This document shows positions 1 through 10,129 of a DNA stretch of 64,000 nt, one piece after another; the stretch's first letter is position 1, and each line of letters begins with the position of its first letter. A program made the translations under genes and the position numbers. The stretch comes from Candidatus Bathyarchaeota archaeon (GTDB taxonomy: Archaea; Thermoproteota; Bathyarchaeia; Bathyarchaeales; Bathycorpusculaceae). The notes beneath the pieces are model-generated. The model was given only the letters and a program-made list of their open reading frames with translations. It was not told the DNA's origin and searched no databases. Where the stretch lies: positions 28 through 64,027 of the forward strand of contig PLSP01000042.1 in assembly GCA_003165195.1 (NCBI GenBank), given 5' to 3'.

Positions 1-2
1 TT

Positions 3-797
3 CCACAAGGGTTTTCGCAGAGCATCAGTGAAGGAAAAACAGTGCCAGTTACTGTTTTTATCGACAACATTAACACTGACATGACAGATGACATCCAGCG
101 CGCGATGCCTGCAGCCGTTATGAGTTTTGGCGATGCGCTCAAGTTTGAAGGCGTGAACGTGAGTGTGGCCGAGACAGACTTATACTCCCATGATACGAGC
201 TTCATCGACTACATGATTGCAAGCGCTTTAGTCTTGGATGCCCTCATAATCGCGGGTACTTTAAGCGCGCTCTCGGTTGCAGAGGAGTTTGAGTCGAAAA
301 CTGCCCGGCTTCTTGCGATTTCGCCAATTCATCCACTCATTCCCATGATGGGCAGGGTCGTAGTAACTGCCTTGGTTTCTGCGGGGGCTTTGGCAATAAC
401 CGTCATTGTGGCCCTTGTTAGCTACGGCATTTCACCCGTCCAACCTCTGGAAATGGTGTTAACCCTGCTGTTTTGCGTTGCCATTTTCAGTTGTTTAGGT
501 GCCGCACTTGGTGCAGTCATGAAAAGGACGCTTCCGGTGGCTCTGTTTGTTCTCGGGAGTGCCCTTCCTTTGTTTCTTTTTAGCGGTTCGTACGAGCCGC
601 AACGGTTCGATGGGAACCTCATTTGGGTGGCGGCGCACTTTTCTCCGGAATATTATGCAGTGGGTTTGATGGAAAACGCCGTTTTCAATTTGAAGGTCAC
701 GCCTGAGCCGCTCGGCCTGCTTGCCCTCGCGTTGGTTGGGTGGGGAATCGGGGCGTTGGCTTTAGCGTGGTTTTTCTCCAGAAGAGGATTTTCATGA
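3..797 (+). CDS. ABC-2 type transporter permease (5'-truncated by window edge)
   Basis: Frame is open from the window start; multiple TM segments; AEEFESKTARLLAISP motif typical of ABC-2 membrane subunits. Confidence 0.8.
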   Translation, partial: PQGFSQSISEGKTVPVTVFIDNINTDMTDDIQRAMPAAVMSFGDALKFEGVNVSVAETDLYSHDTSFIDYMIASALVLDALIIAGTLSALSVAEEFESKTARLLAISPIHPLIPMMGRVVVTALVSAGALAITVIVALVSYGISPVQPLEMVLTLLFCVAIFSCLGAALGAVMKRTLPVALFVLGSALPLFLFSGSYEPQRFDGNLIWVAAHFSPEYYAVGLMENAVFNLKVTPEPLGLLALALVGWGIGALALAWFFSRRGFS

Positions 798-1918
798 AAA
801 AAAACTCGATCTGGACAATCGCGTTGCATGACCTTAAGAGGTGGAGGAAAATGCCTCTCACTGCAGCTTGCGCGCTTATCCCACCGATTGCCATGACGCT
901 AGTCCTTGTATCGTTGAGTCTAGCAGTTACTCAGCAGCCTGTTGCCTTGGTTGTCCAAGGGAATGGGCCGGCGTCGGTGCAAATGGCTCAAATTATCAAA
1001 TCAGACACTGAGGCATATGATCTGACGATAACGAATGCGGCTACTGCAAACAGCATGCTCCAGGACGAAAAGGTCGCCGCCGTCATTACCATCCCGTCCA
1101 CGTTCGATGCGCAGGTGGCAAATGGTACCGGAAAGGTTCTTCTCACGATTAACAACGTTGACTTTGATTTTTCAGACGACATTCGTAGAAGCGTGGATCG
1201 GTCGGTTGTGGAATTCGATGCTCAAGGTCTCGTGTCGGACGAATTGATAAATTCGTCCTTACCCAACGTGTATCATGTAAACCTAGACGAGCAATACGTT
1301 AGGGAGACTAACGTGGACTGGTTCCACTATCAGTTAGTTCCCACTTTCCTGCTTTTAGTACTTAATGTTGGTCTAGTCGGAACTGCCCTTTTGTGTGCGT
1401 TGGATAATGAAAGCAAGACAGCTCGTATGCTCGCCCTATCGCCGCAACGCTCCTGGGTGCTAATTTCTGGACGCATTCTAGGAGGCGTTCTTGCGTGTTT
1501 TGCAATCGTTCTTCCTGCAGTATTGATTGGAGTTCTAGTCGGTTTTATCAGCCCGCCAATTGCACAGTTACCGGCGTTGTTTGGGATATTTTTAGGAACT
1601 GCATTGTGCGCATCCGGCATCGGCGCAATAATAGGAACTTGCGTGAAAGGCTCAAGATATGTTGCGTTTCTCTCTTCGATGACTGCCATTTACCTGTTCC
1701 TCCTTGGCGGGGGCTTCACCGCGATCGAGTTTGTTCCTCATTGGCTTCAGGGTGTAAGCGCGTTCATCCCAACTCGGTGCTCGATCGACGCTTTGCGGCA
1801 AGCCTTGTTCTACCCTAACCCCACTGGGCTTCCATATTCGCTACTGGTTCTTGCGCTTTACGCTATCGCCTGCGTTGGAGTCGGTGCACTCCTTATGAGG
1901 CGCTCTTGGAATACGTAA
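794..1918 (+). CDS. ABC-2 type transporter permease
   Basis: ATGA overlap with the previous gene; N-terminal TM, extracytoplasmic loop, C-terminal TM bundle; paralogous DNESKTARMLALSP motif. Confidence 0.8.
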   Translation: MKKNSIWTIALHDLKRWRKMPLTAACALIPPIAMTLVLVSLSLAVTQQPVALVVQGNGPASVQMAQIIKSDTEAYDLTITNAATANSMLQDEKVAAVITIPSTFDAQVANGTGKVLLTINNVDFDFSDDIRRSVDRSVVEFDAQGLVSDELINSSLPNVYHVNLDEQYVRETNVDWFHYQLVPTFLLLVLNVGLVGTALLCALDNESKTARMLALSPQRSWVLISGRILGGVLACFAIVLPAVLIGVLVGFISPPIAQLPALFGIFLGTALCASGIGAIIGTCVKGSRYVAFLSSMTAIYLFLLGGGFTAIEFVPHWLQGVSAFIPTRCSIDALRQALFYPNPTGLPYSLLVLALYAIACVGVGALLMRRSWNT

Positions 1919-1939
1919 ATGATCTTTCGCCACATAAAA

Positions 1940-2414
1940 ATGGCAAAAAGAGGAATGAAAACAGCATTAAAAGAATTGTGTATCCGAAGGAATTATCAGG
2001 TGAAGACGAGAAAATGAACGTATTCTATAATCGGTTTGCGCCATTTTAGACTCCAGCGAACGGGTACTGGGAAGGGCAATAACAGGTGTCAACATGACAA
2101 ATGGACGAAAAGAAATAATATCAAAACTAGATTTGAAGCCCAGTACCAAAAAAATTCTTGAAGTTTCACCTGGCCCTGGGGTTTTCCAAAAACTTTTGCG
2201 GACTACAGTTGGCGGGGAAGGTCGAATTGTGTCTTTGGACCTCTCCATGGCTATGCTACGGCAATGTCAAGCTAAAAATGGGAACTTAAACATTTATCTG
2301 GTACAGGGAAATGCACAGTATTTGCCTTTCGCTAATGAATCATTTGAGGGCCTAACAATTACCCTCATTTTTTCGAGGTTCGCGTGGCACAGTTTAGTTT
2401 TCAGTTCCTCTTAA
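1940..2414 (+). pseudogene. Degraded class I SAM-dependent methyltransferase (UbiE-like)
   Basis: ILEVSPGPG, SLDLSMAML and QGNAQYLPFANESF motifs; upstream part (FYNRFAPF*) is stopped and the C-terminus is lost; boundaries approximate. Confidence 0.6.
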
Positions 2415-2660
2415 CGTGTTTGAAAATCAAGCTGTTGAAACATCGTTGACACATTAACATTAGGGCGGAGGTCAAGGCTTTCGAAATAAGCGGTTTCAGA
2501 AAAGTTGACGCACACGCACAATTGCAAGATAATTTAACAACCTGAAAATAGCTGGAGCTATCGCTTGCCCACGTATCTGGCGCAGCAGATATAGGTTTAA
2601 TTTAAAAACTGTCTGTTACGTTTGCGGTGGCCGCTCTAAAACTTTCAACTTCTTCAGACT

Positions 2661-3050
2661 TTACACTTGATTATTTTTTAGGTATTTTGAAGTTAGACGC
2701 CGCATAGTTTCCAAATGAGTGCGAATAGATGTTTTTCCTTTCTCAGTTATTTGTATGAACGTACGGGGACCTCCAGTTACCTTGAAGCCTTTGCGAACAG
2801 TCACATAGCCTGCTTGCTCAAGAATTTTCACGCTTTTATTCAACGAACTCTTTGAAACCTTCACCGCAAGCATAAGATCTGTAAACGTGATTCGTTCAAC
2901 TCCTAAAAGAGCAAGCATTATACCAACCCTTGCCGAACTCGACAAGGCGCCGGCAGCGGTAAGTTCCGAAATGCTGATGTCATCTTTGCTTTTTGATGAA
3001 GGCTTAGCTACGTTGCTTTCACCATCAGTGTTACTCAAAACTTTGCACAA
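2661..3050 (-). CDS. Winged-helix transcriptional regulator (ArsR/HTH_34-like)
   Basis: RVGIMLAL..ITFTDL..SKSSLNKSVKILEQAGYV...PRTFIQITEKG; true start uncertain. Confidence 0.75.
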   Translation of the reverse strand: MCKVLSNTDGESNVAKPSSKSKDDISISELTAAGALSSSARVGIMLALLGVERITFTDLMLAVKVSKSSLNKSVKILEQAGYVTVRKGFKVTGGPRTFIQITEKGKTSIRTHLETMRRLTSKYLKNNQV

Positions 3051-3717
3051 GCTCCTCTGGCGCTTCGTACAGCGATTTGACTCCCGCTGCTAACAAAATC
3101 ACAGATAATGCCGCTAGGCTAATCAGAGAACCCAAAATGTGAAAGCCTGAAAGAAGCAATATTGTCGGAGCCAGAAATAGCACAAGCCAATCCTCGATGC
3201 GTCTATGAAGAATGCTGTCTGGCGATTTTTTTGAAAAAACAAATATATTATAAAAGATTATAGCGGCAAACCATGCGATCAGCACTATAAATGCTATAAT
3301 TCCAAGACCAATCAAGTCTAAAATGACAATAGCAACTAAAGGCAAGATAGGGGAGATGAAGCCTCGCTTCAAGATTTCAGTTAGCTTATTTCTTTGTTTT
3401 TGTCTTTTCTCTTTGCCTTCAAAAAGAGAAATCGCGTCATTCATTTCATAAAATCTATGCATTCCAGCTATGCGGGCAAATAACCATATCACAATAAAAA
3501 TTACGGGTATGGAAATTTGCGAAACATAAGCAGGTGCTGAAAGATACGCAAGAAGAGCCGCAACCAGGGGTGCAATCGAAAGCAAGGCATAAAAAACTCC
3601 GATCCCCCTTCGTGCTCTAAACCTGAAGACAGCCAAAGCGATATCTTTTGGATTCTGCTGTTCCTGTTCTGAATCAAATTTTCCGTTATGGTTTTCACTT
3701 CCGAGAATATTTGTCAT
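3031..3717 (-). CDS. Multi-pass membrane protein
   Basis: About 6 hydrophobic segments; overlaps the HTH gene, probably an operon. Confidence 0.65.
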   Translation of the reverse strand: MTNILGSENHNGKFDSEQEQQNPKDIALAVFRFRARRGIGVFYALLSIAPLVAALLAYLSAPAYVSQISIPVIFIVIWLFARIAGMHRFYEMNDAISLFEGKEKRQKQRNKLTEILKRGFISPILPLVAIVILDLIGLGIIAFIVLIAWFAAIIFYNIFVFSKKSPDSILHRRIEDWLVLFLAPTILLLSGFHILGSLISLAALSVILLAAGVKSLYEAPEELVQSFE

Positions 3718-3845
3718 TCAGGATACCGCTACAATAGAATTTTACATGCAAAACATGCTTTTAACATATGCTGCTAGTTCACAAAGTGAACAAGTGCCCA
3801 TATTTATAGTAAACATTTTACACCTCAGAATGTTGTGAACGAAAA

Positions 3846-4535
3846 ATGTCAGTACCTATAATTGAAGCAAAAGATCTTAAGAAAACCTATTTGCTTGGTA
3901 AAGTCCCTGTTGAAGCGCTAAGAGGCATCAACTTAAATGTTAAACGAGGGGAATTTCTATCCATCCTTGGACCATCAGGCAGCGGAAAATCAACGCTTCT
4001 CAACCTTATCGGAGCGCTTGACAAGCCAAGCTCTGGAAAACTGCTAATCGACGGTGTAGACGAATCAACACTGGACGATAACCAACTGACGGAACTCCGA
4101 GGCCGCATAGGCTTCGTATTCCAATTTTTCAACTTAATTCCACGTTACACTGCAATACAAAATGTTGAACTTGCAATGAGCATAGCTAACGTCGGCAAAA
4201 GCGAAAGAAGCAAACGTGCCAAAGAACTTCTCGAAACTGTAGGGTTAAAGGATAGGATGAACCATAAGCCGGCTGAACTCAGCGGTGGACAACAGCAACG
4301 TGTAGCTATAGCACGTGCTTTAGCAAATGAGCCTCGTTTCATGCTTCTGGATGAACCTACAGGGAACATTGACTCACGGACGGCGCAGGAAATCATCGGT
4401 TTGATAAAGAAGGTGAACGGTGAAGGCGTTACAGTCATTATGGTTACGCATGATCAGAATTTGGCAAGAGAAGCTAGCCACACAATCGAGGTTTTTGACG
4501 GGATGATAAAGTCCGATGAGGTGAACCACGCATGA
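3846..4535 (+). CDS. ABC transporter ATP-binding protein (LolD/MacB type)
   Basis: Walker A GPSGSGKST, LSGGQQQR signature, LLDEPTGN, VTHD. Confidence 0.95.
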   Translation: MSVPIIEAKDLKKTYLLGKVPVEALRGINLNVKRGEFLSILGPSGSGKSTLLNLIGALDKPSSGKLLIDGVDESTLDDNQLTELRGRIGFVFQFFNLIPRYTAIQNVELAMSIANVGKSERSKRAKELLETVGLKDRMNHKPAELSGGQQQRVAIARALANEPRFMLLDEPTGNIDSRTAQEIIGLIKKVNGEGVTVIMVTHDQNLAREASHTIEVFDGMIKSDEVNHA

Positions 4536-5767
4536 AGGCAAAAGATATTTTCGGATACTCATTTAGCGCAATTAAACTACGCAAACTCCGCGCAGGCTTA
4601 ACCACGCTTGGAATCGTCATCGGGATAGCAGCCATCGTTGCCTTACTTTCACTTACTCAAGGTCTATCAGCTAGCTTAACAAACAGTTTTCAACAGGGGC
4701 TATCCGCAAACACATTGGTTGTTACAGGGCAAAACATTCCTCTCTACGCTAACTACACCGACCAAATTATGGCGATCCCGTCAATATCGCAAGATATCGT
4801 GGCCACAATACCAGTAATACAGCAAACAGGCTACTTGACAAACAGCTCAGGTTCAACGATGAAGGTTACTATCGTAGGAGTAAACTTCGCTGAGACTGCA
4901 GAAGCTTACCCGACAACTTTTACGGCGGCGACTGGAACCATCTCCCGTAACCCATCCGATTACTCTATTGTTATCGGCGCAAAAATAAGCAACCTGAATT
5001 TAAACGGGACGATATTCGTTAATGCCGGTGACCAATTAACTGTTACCACACAAGTGCCCATAGCCAACGAAACATATGTGGGTAACGTGACAGCGGTTCT
5101 TGCGCCAATTGGAGGGCTTAGCATAGGGGCAGCCCCATCGGACACAGGCGTCTACATCCCCATAAACCAAGCAGAAACATATTTTGGAACTAATCAGCTT
5201 TCTGAAATAATTGTTCAGCTCAAAAGCAGCAATAACGGCACAATCACCACAGTTTCCAACGCAATAACGAAATATTTCAACGGGGAAGTCACCGTAGAAT
5301 CTCCAACTGTAATCATCAACACCATAAACTCTGCCATCTCAACCATCGGGGGTTTCATAGTAGGAATCGCAGCCATTTCACTTCTCGTAGCAGGCGTTGG
5401 CATAATGAACATAATGTTTGTCTCGATTATTGAGCGTACCCGCGAAATTGGCATACTCAAAGCGTTAGGAATGAAAAGCCGAACAGTGCTGAGCACTTTC
5501 CTCTGTGAATCAGCTTTAATCGGCGTGGTCGGCTCGGCAGTGGGTATAGCGTTAGGCTGGGGCATAGCAAACCTTGATGCGCTAGTAAACAAAAGAAGCA
5601 GTTTAGTTAAGGTAAATGGCACCGGAGTCAAGATTACGCCAGTCCTTACACCTGAAGTGTTCATATTAGCGTTGGCTTTTGGCATAGGCGTAAGCATTCT
5701 ATTCGCTATTTACCCAGCATGGCGGGCATCTAAACTAAACGTTGTAGATGCATTAAGATACGAGTAA
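4532..5767 (+). CDS. ABC transporter permease (MacB/FtsX type)
   Basis: LTTLGIVIGIA, ERTREIGILKALG, YPAWRASKL..VDALRYE. Confidence 0.93.
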   Translation: MKAKDIFGYSFSAIKLRKLRAGLTTLGIVIGIAAIVALLSLTQGLSASLTNSFQQGLSANTLVVTGQNIPLYANYTDQIMAIPSISQDIVATIPVIQQTGYLTNSSGSTMKVTIVGVNFAETAEAYPTTFTAATGTISRNPSDYSIVIGAKISNLNLNGTIFVNAGDQLTVTTQVPIANETYVGNVTAVLAPIGGLSIGAAPSDTGVYIPINQAETYFGTNQLSEIIVQLKSSNNGTITTVSNAITKYFNGEVTVESPTVIINTINSAISTIGGFIVGIAAISLLVAGVGIMNIMFVSIIERTREIGILKALGMKSRTVLSTFLCESALIGVVGSAVGIALGWGIANLDALVNKRSSLVKVNGTGVKITPVLTPEVFILALAFGIGVSILFAIYPAWRASKLNVVDALRYE

Positions 5768-6201
5768 AAAAGAGCAGGATAAATTCTCCTCCAGAGAGGC
5801 GAATCCCGTCGGACTGCCTTTAAGAAGCTGATGGTTCCTGATTAGAACTCGAGCGTTCGGCTCTCACTGAAAACTTATAACAGCAATCTCTGCATCGGTA
5901 TCGCTGAACTTCTCCCATCTTTGTGTGTACCTGATTCCGTTCTTGAATGATCGCTTACTTTCACATTTTCTAATGGCTTTCTCACTCAATTTGGTTGTTC
6001 TCCTTTGTTCATTTTTTTGACCAACTATGTTGCAAAAGGAAAAAATGGGGGCTTGCGGGTGAATATCTATTCGGGTTAGAGGGTTCAAAACCATTGCTAA
6101 AGAAAAGTATTAATCCGCGTCTCAAAGCGCTTGATAGTATTTTCGCTGTATCATTGTAGCGCCTCTTAGAGTTTAGGGTTTGCGGATAATTTCCGGGCGG
6201 C

Positions 6202-6465
6202 TTAAGGGTGGATTATCGTTATCGCTGAGATTAATCCAAGAGACAGCCCAACCATACAGGATATGATGAGGGGCCAATTCTTCTTTTCAAGGAAGAACGC
6301 GTACGGCAACCAGACACAGCAGTTGAGTACAGTGAACGCTGGTATCAGCAACGAACCGGGGTGGCCTGAAAGATTGAGGCGTATCTGGTCCACATATGAG
6401 AAATATGTCAGAATAGCGGTGGTTGTTGCGATCCATCCAATCATGCCGACTGTTTTCTGGTTCAT
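6202..6465 (-). CDS. SemiSWEET/PQ-loop family small transporter
   Basis: 87 aa, 3 TM, SYVDQIRLNLSGHPGS..P...LNC motif. Confidence 0.75.
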   Translation of the reverse strand: MNQKTVGMIGWIATTTAILTYFSYVDQIRLNLSGHPGSLLIPAFTVLNCCVWLPYAFFLEKKNWPLIISCMVGLSLGLISAITIIHP

Positions 6466-6502
6466 TCCATTAACCTCTTTGTGCCTGGAAGGGGGGTGTT
6501 AC

Positions 6503-6901
6503 TTAGCCCGATACAGCGGGCGCCATGTCGGTAAAGGTCCGGATACCCGCGATCTTATCTCCCTCGAATGTAAAGATATCCACTGCCTCAAACTCTAATT
6601 TGCTCCCGTCTTTCATGACTCCCTTCATTCGCAGGAAGGACGCTACCTTGTTGTCCTCAGCAATAAAATATACTATCCCATGAGCTCCGCTTCCTGGCAC
6701 TCTTGTCTCCTTGTAGTACTGGATTAGTTTGGAGGCTCCCACAATGGGCGCCCGACCCTTGAGCGTTTGGTACACAACTTTTTCTGAAAGAAGTGGGAAT
6801 AGCTCGTCGTAACGTCCCGAATCGACGAGCTCTAGATACGTTTTCATTATCTCTTTCATTTTCTCAAGGGACGGCAATCTGGCTACCATAGATTTCGCCA
6901 T
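6503..6901 (-). CDS. SnoaL/NTF2-like protein
   Basis: YLELVDSGRYDEL..LLSEKVVY and AVDIFTFEGDKIAGIR pattern. Confidence 0.8.
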   Translation of the reverse strand: MAKSMVARLPSLEKMKEIMKTYLELVDSGRYDELFPLLSEKVVYQTLKGRAPIVGASKLIQYYKETRVPGSGAHGIVYFIAEDNKVASFLRMKGVMKDGSKLEFEAVDIFTFEGDKIAGIRTFTDMAPAVSG

Positions 6902-6904
6902 GGG

Positions 6905-8167
6905 TTAAGACTTCCAGCCGAGTACGTCATCGAGCCAATCAAACTCTATTTGGTTTTTCAACAGCAAGTTGTTAACCATGCTGTGTCCCTCGCCGCCCTC
7001 AGCGGTGGTTCCAATCCTTATTTGGCTCTTGGGATTGTTCATTGCCTTCTTCCACTGGATCTTCGCCTTTTCCATTTCTGCGGGATTGAACTCGCTTTCT
7101 CCGGCAAGAATAAGCAATGGGCAAGTTATGTTTTGTTCATGTCCTGTCAACGTAAACTCTTGCATGAAGTCTAGCCATTCCGCTATAGTGGCGTTGGCAC
7201 ACCCAGATCTCGTGCGAAAATCGCTAGTGACGGCCAACCTTACGAAAGATTGAGACATGTCGAGGCGTGATTCCAGATCGCGCGGATACGGCTTTGTCGG
7301 ATCCAAACCTAACAGTTCAATGAACATCACCCCGATATCCCAGAAGAGTGGGAGTGCTATTACGGCTGCCAAACGCTTTTCGAAAGCAGCGGCCCGGGGG
7401 CCGAAATATCCACCAAAACTAGCGCCAATCAAGGCGATTCTCTTTGGATCGACCTCAGGACGGCTCAGGGCATAATCCACGACATGGCCAATCGGGACTT
7501 CAGCATCAGGTCGGAAGAACAGGTCGGGATAGTCATGGAACATCGCCCTTTGTCCTGGAATTTCGAACATAAGTACATTGTAGCCCCGCCTCAGCGCACC
7601 TGCCGGAACCACACCGTAGAGTTCCTCAAGAGCGCTATCGCCGCCTCCGAGCACAAGAACCGTCGGTCTCTTCTCGCCTGCAGGTCCTCCGCGGATGAAG
7701 TAGCCGGGGAGCGTCCTGCCGTTTTCGTAGGGCATGTTTACAACTTCGAATTGAGGATCAAAAAGTTTAGCAGCCTCTCGGAAACATGTCCGCTCTCTCT
7801 CGTATGATGAGCGATGACCCGGATCAGTGGCGCTGGCGTACATCGACGTGGCGCCCCAGTAGGTTGTGGCGCGTAGGAACGCATCACGGGCGCTCACCCG
7901 ATGCCCCTTTTTGAGGCAATCCCACCCGATCGCCTCGACCCGTTTCGCAGTTACCATCCACGCATTGGTAAAGCTTTGAAAATCTCCATCGACAATCCGG
8001 CTTGCCGTTTCGTAGCATTCTCCCACTGCCGATCCGCCGTAATTGCCTCGCCCCATTACTCGTGTGAAGTAAGAATCGAAGTTGGTCCCAAATCTATTCG
8101 CTTGACCCGCCGTGAAGCGAAAGATTAGGTCCTGTTTTTCTTTCTTTATTTCGTTTTTGTTGCTCAT
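6905..8167 (-). CDS. Alpha/beta hydrolase (FrsA/dihydropseudooxynicotine hydrolase-like)
   Basis: LGGGDS, nucleophile elbow GASFGG, C-terminal EGGEGH. Confidence 0.85.
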   Translation of the reverse strand: MSNKNEIKKEKQDLIFRFTAGQANRFGTNFDSYFTRVMGRGNYGGSAVGECYETASRIVDGDFQSFTNAWMVTAKRVEAIGWDCLKKGHRVSARDAFLRATTYWGATSMYASATDPGHRSSYERERTCFREAAKLFDPQFEVVNMPYENGRTLPGYFIRGGPAGEKRPTVLVLGGGDSALEELYGVVPAGALRRGYNVLMFEIPGQRAMFHDYPDLFFRPDAEVPIGHVVDYALSRPEVDPKRIALIGASFGGYFGPRAAAFEKRLAAVIALPLFWDIGVMFIELLGLDPTKPYPRDLESRLDMSQSFVRLAVTSDFRTRSGCANATIAEWLDFMQEFTLTGHEQNITCPLLILAGESEFNPAEMEKAKIQWKKAMNNPKSQIRIGTTAEGGEGHSMVNNLLLKNQIEFDWLDDVLGWKS

Positions 8168-8273
8168 TGTTCTTTCCTCTTTCTAATGTATGATAACAGC
8201 AACTCGGATAAGTATTGTCACGAGCATATTCGCTAGCACAATTTATTTATTGAATGAAAATAATGTAAATCAC

Positions 8274-9005
8274 ATGCGCAGGCTAGTTGTAGAGTGGTCA
8301 ATCAACGAAGCAATTAAAAGAATTAAGGATAGAGAAATCGAGAAACTCAAAAAGTCGGGTGAGCAGGACGATTCAGAACTAGTCAAAAAAGCTGAATTGA
8401 CTGAATTAAACAGGCTTGAGATAATTAAGAAAATCAAATCATTTGAGGTGCTTCACATTTTAAGATTTGATTCTTCTGAATCAGCTACAATATTCAGATT
8501 AGAGCCCAAGGATAACTCTTTGGAAGTTGAAGAAATCTTAAAATCACTCCTTCAAAACCTCAACATCGAATATCAGCTTTTAGAAAAGGATAGAGGCGCT
8601 TGCATCTACTTTATCAAGGGAAAAACGATTCAGTCAAGTTCGGGGTTACCTAACGGAAGAGGAATGTATCCCATGTTGCCTTTTGAGGTCAGGGATGGAA
8701 GAGTTAGAGTTACCCTTGTCGGGGATAACGAGCAGGTTAAGGAGTTCCTTGAAAACCGAGTGGTTAACTATAAGGTACTGTCGCTAACTGACGCTAAATT
8801 CTCACCTAATTCGCCGATTAGCCGCTTAACCGAAAAACAACAAGAAGCCATTTCCATAGCGTTTAGGCTCGGCTACTTTGATACGCCTCGAAAAATAAGC
8901 GCAGACGAACTCGCAGCTAAGCTTGGTCTTGCGAGTTCTACCTTAGCGGTTCATTTGAGAAGAGCTGAACACCGTTTACTCGCTGACATGTTAAACGAAC
9001 AATAG
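8274..9005 (+). CDS. HTH_10 (bacterio-opsin activator-type HTH) regulator
   Basis: LTEKQQEAI..AFRLGYFDTPRKIS..ELA..LG...STLAVHLRRAE; start moved to MRRLV, shared with the two paralogs. Confidence 0.88.
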   Translation: MRRLVVEWSINEAIKRIKDREIEKLKKSGEQDDSELVKKAELTELNRLEIIKKIKSFEVLHILRFDSSESATIFRLEPKDNSLEVEEILKSLLQNLNIEYQLLEKDRGACIYFIKGKTIQSSSGLPNGRGMYPMLPFEVRDGRVRVTLVGDNEQVKEFLENRVVNYKVLSLTDAKFSPNSPISRLTEKQQEAISIAFRLGYFDTPRKISADELAAKLGLASSTLAVHLRRAEHRLLADMLNEQ

Positions 9006-9275
9006 TTGGGCTAATCGATGGAAATAGTTTGTGCGCTATCAAATTGTGCTTTTGATTTGTCAAGCAGGCTAATTAGAAGAGAAAAAAAATGCTTCCATTA
9101 TAACATTAGAGCGGAAACATGCGCTCGAAAACTATAAGGTTTCTACTGTATAGGTTAGGTTCATGCTGCATCTATGAGACTCTAAAAGCCGCGTAACTTC
9201 CTTAACCAGTAGACCACGTGTAGAGATAGTAGGCTGATTTTCCTTCTCATATGCAACTATTTTGGTTAATGGACT

Positions 9276-10013
9276 TTATGAGGGGTTCAGTACTTCGGAA
9301 AGCAAGCGTCGTTCGGCTCTTCTTAAATGAACTGCCAAAGTCGAATGAACTATGCCCATTTTTTTTGCAAGTTCCTCAGAGCTTATCTTGCGAGGAGTAT
9401 CGAAATAACCAAGTGTAAACGCCAAAATTAAGGCCTCACGTTGCTTGTCAGTTAAGGAGCTAACAGGCGAGCTTGGAGAGAACTTGGCATCCATCAACGA
9501 AATTATCCTGTAACGGATTCCTATTCCACCTATAAATTCAAGGAACTGTTTGACCTGTTCGTTGTCCCCCAGCAAAGTAATTTTAACTTTACCATCCTTT
9601 ATCCCCAATGGCATAACTGGGTACATGGTGATTTTTCGGTGGTCTATGGCATGACTGGATTCAATGGGTTGGCCCTTAACGAAAAAAATGTATGTATTTT
9701 CTTTTTCATGTTCCAAAAGCTGAAATTTGCTATTAACAGTATCTTTTAAAATGTACGTTAAGAATTCTTCGACGTTTTGAGATGGATCTTTGAGTTCTAT
9801 TCTAAGAATAAGTGCAAATCCATCTTCGCCAATCTTGAGAATGTGTAACATCTCAAGCGATTTAATCTTTCTCTGCAATTCAATCATCTGCAAGCCACGG
9901 GAGCGCAGCTCTGCTATCGTCTCTGGACTCAAATTTTCCGCTTTAGTCTCCTCGATCTGCTGCAACACTGGATCCATGTCTTTTAGCGACCATTCTAAAA
10001 CGAGTCTACGCAT
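9276..10013 (-). CDS. HTH_10 regulator (paralog 2)
   Basis: Same C-terminal motif; divergent from the MFS gene. Confidence 0.88.
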   Translation of the reverse strand: MRRLVLEWSLKDMDPVLQQIEETKAENLSPETIAELRSRGLQMIELQRKIKSLEMLHILKIGEDGFALILRIELKDPSQNVEEFLTYILKDTVNSKFQLLEHEKENTYIFFVKGQPIESSHAIDHRKITMYPVMPLGIKDGKVKITLLGDNEQVKQFLEFIGGIGIRYRIISLMDAKFSPSSPVSSLTDKQREALILAFTLGYFDTPRKISSEELAKKMGIVHSTLAVHLRRAERRLLSEVLNPS

Positions 10014-10129
10014 AAGAATCGAAATCAAGATGCATTGACTGCCATAAATACTTTTTCAAAAGACGACTGTAGTCGCTATAATCTTAATCCGCATGTTTGA
10101 TATGTTGTAGAAAAAAGAAGCGAAAAAAT

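Noticed and set aside
5781-5791. AAATTCTCCTC matching the reverse complement of 58681-58691
   Set aside because: It lies on the wrong side of the core-like sequence to be a homologous att flank; probably coincidence
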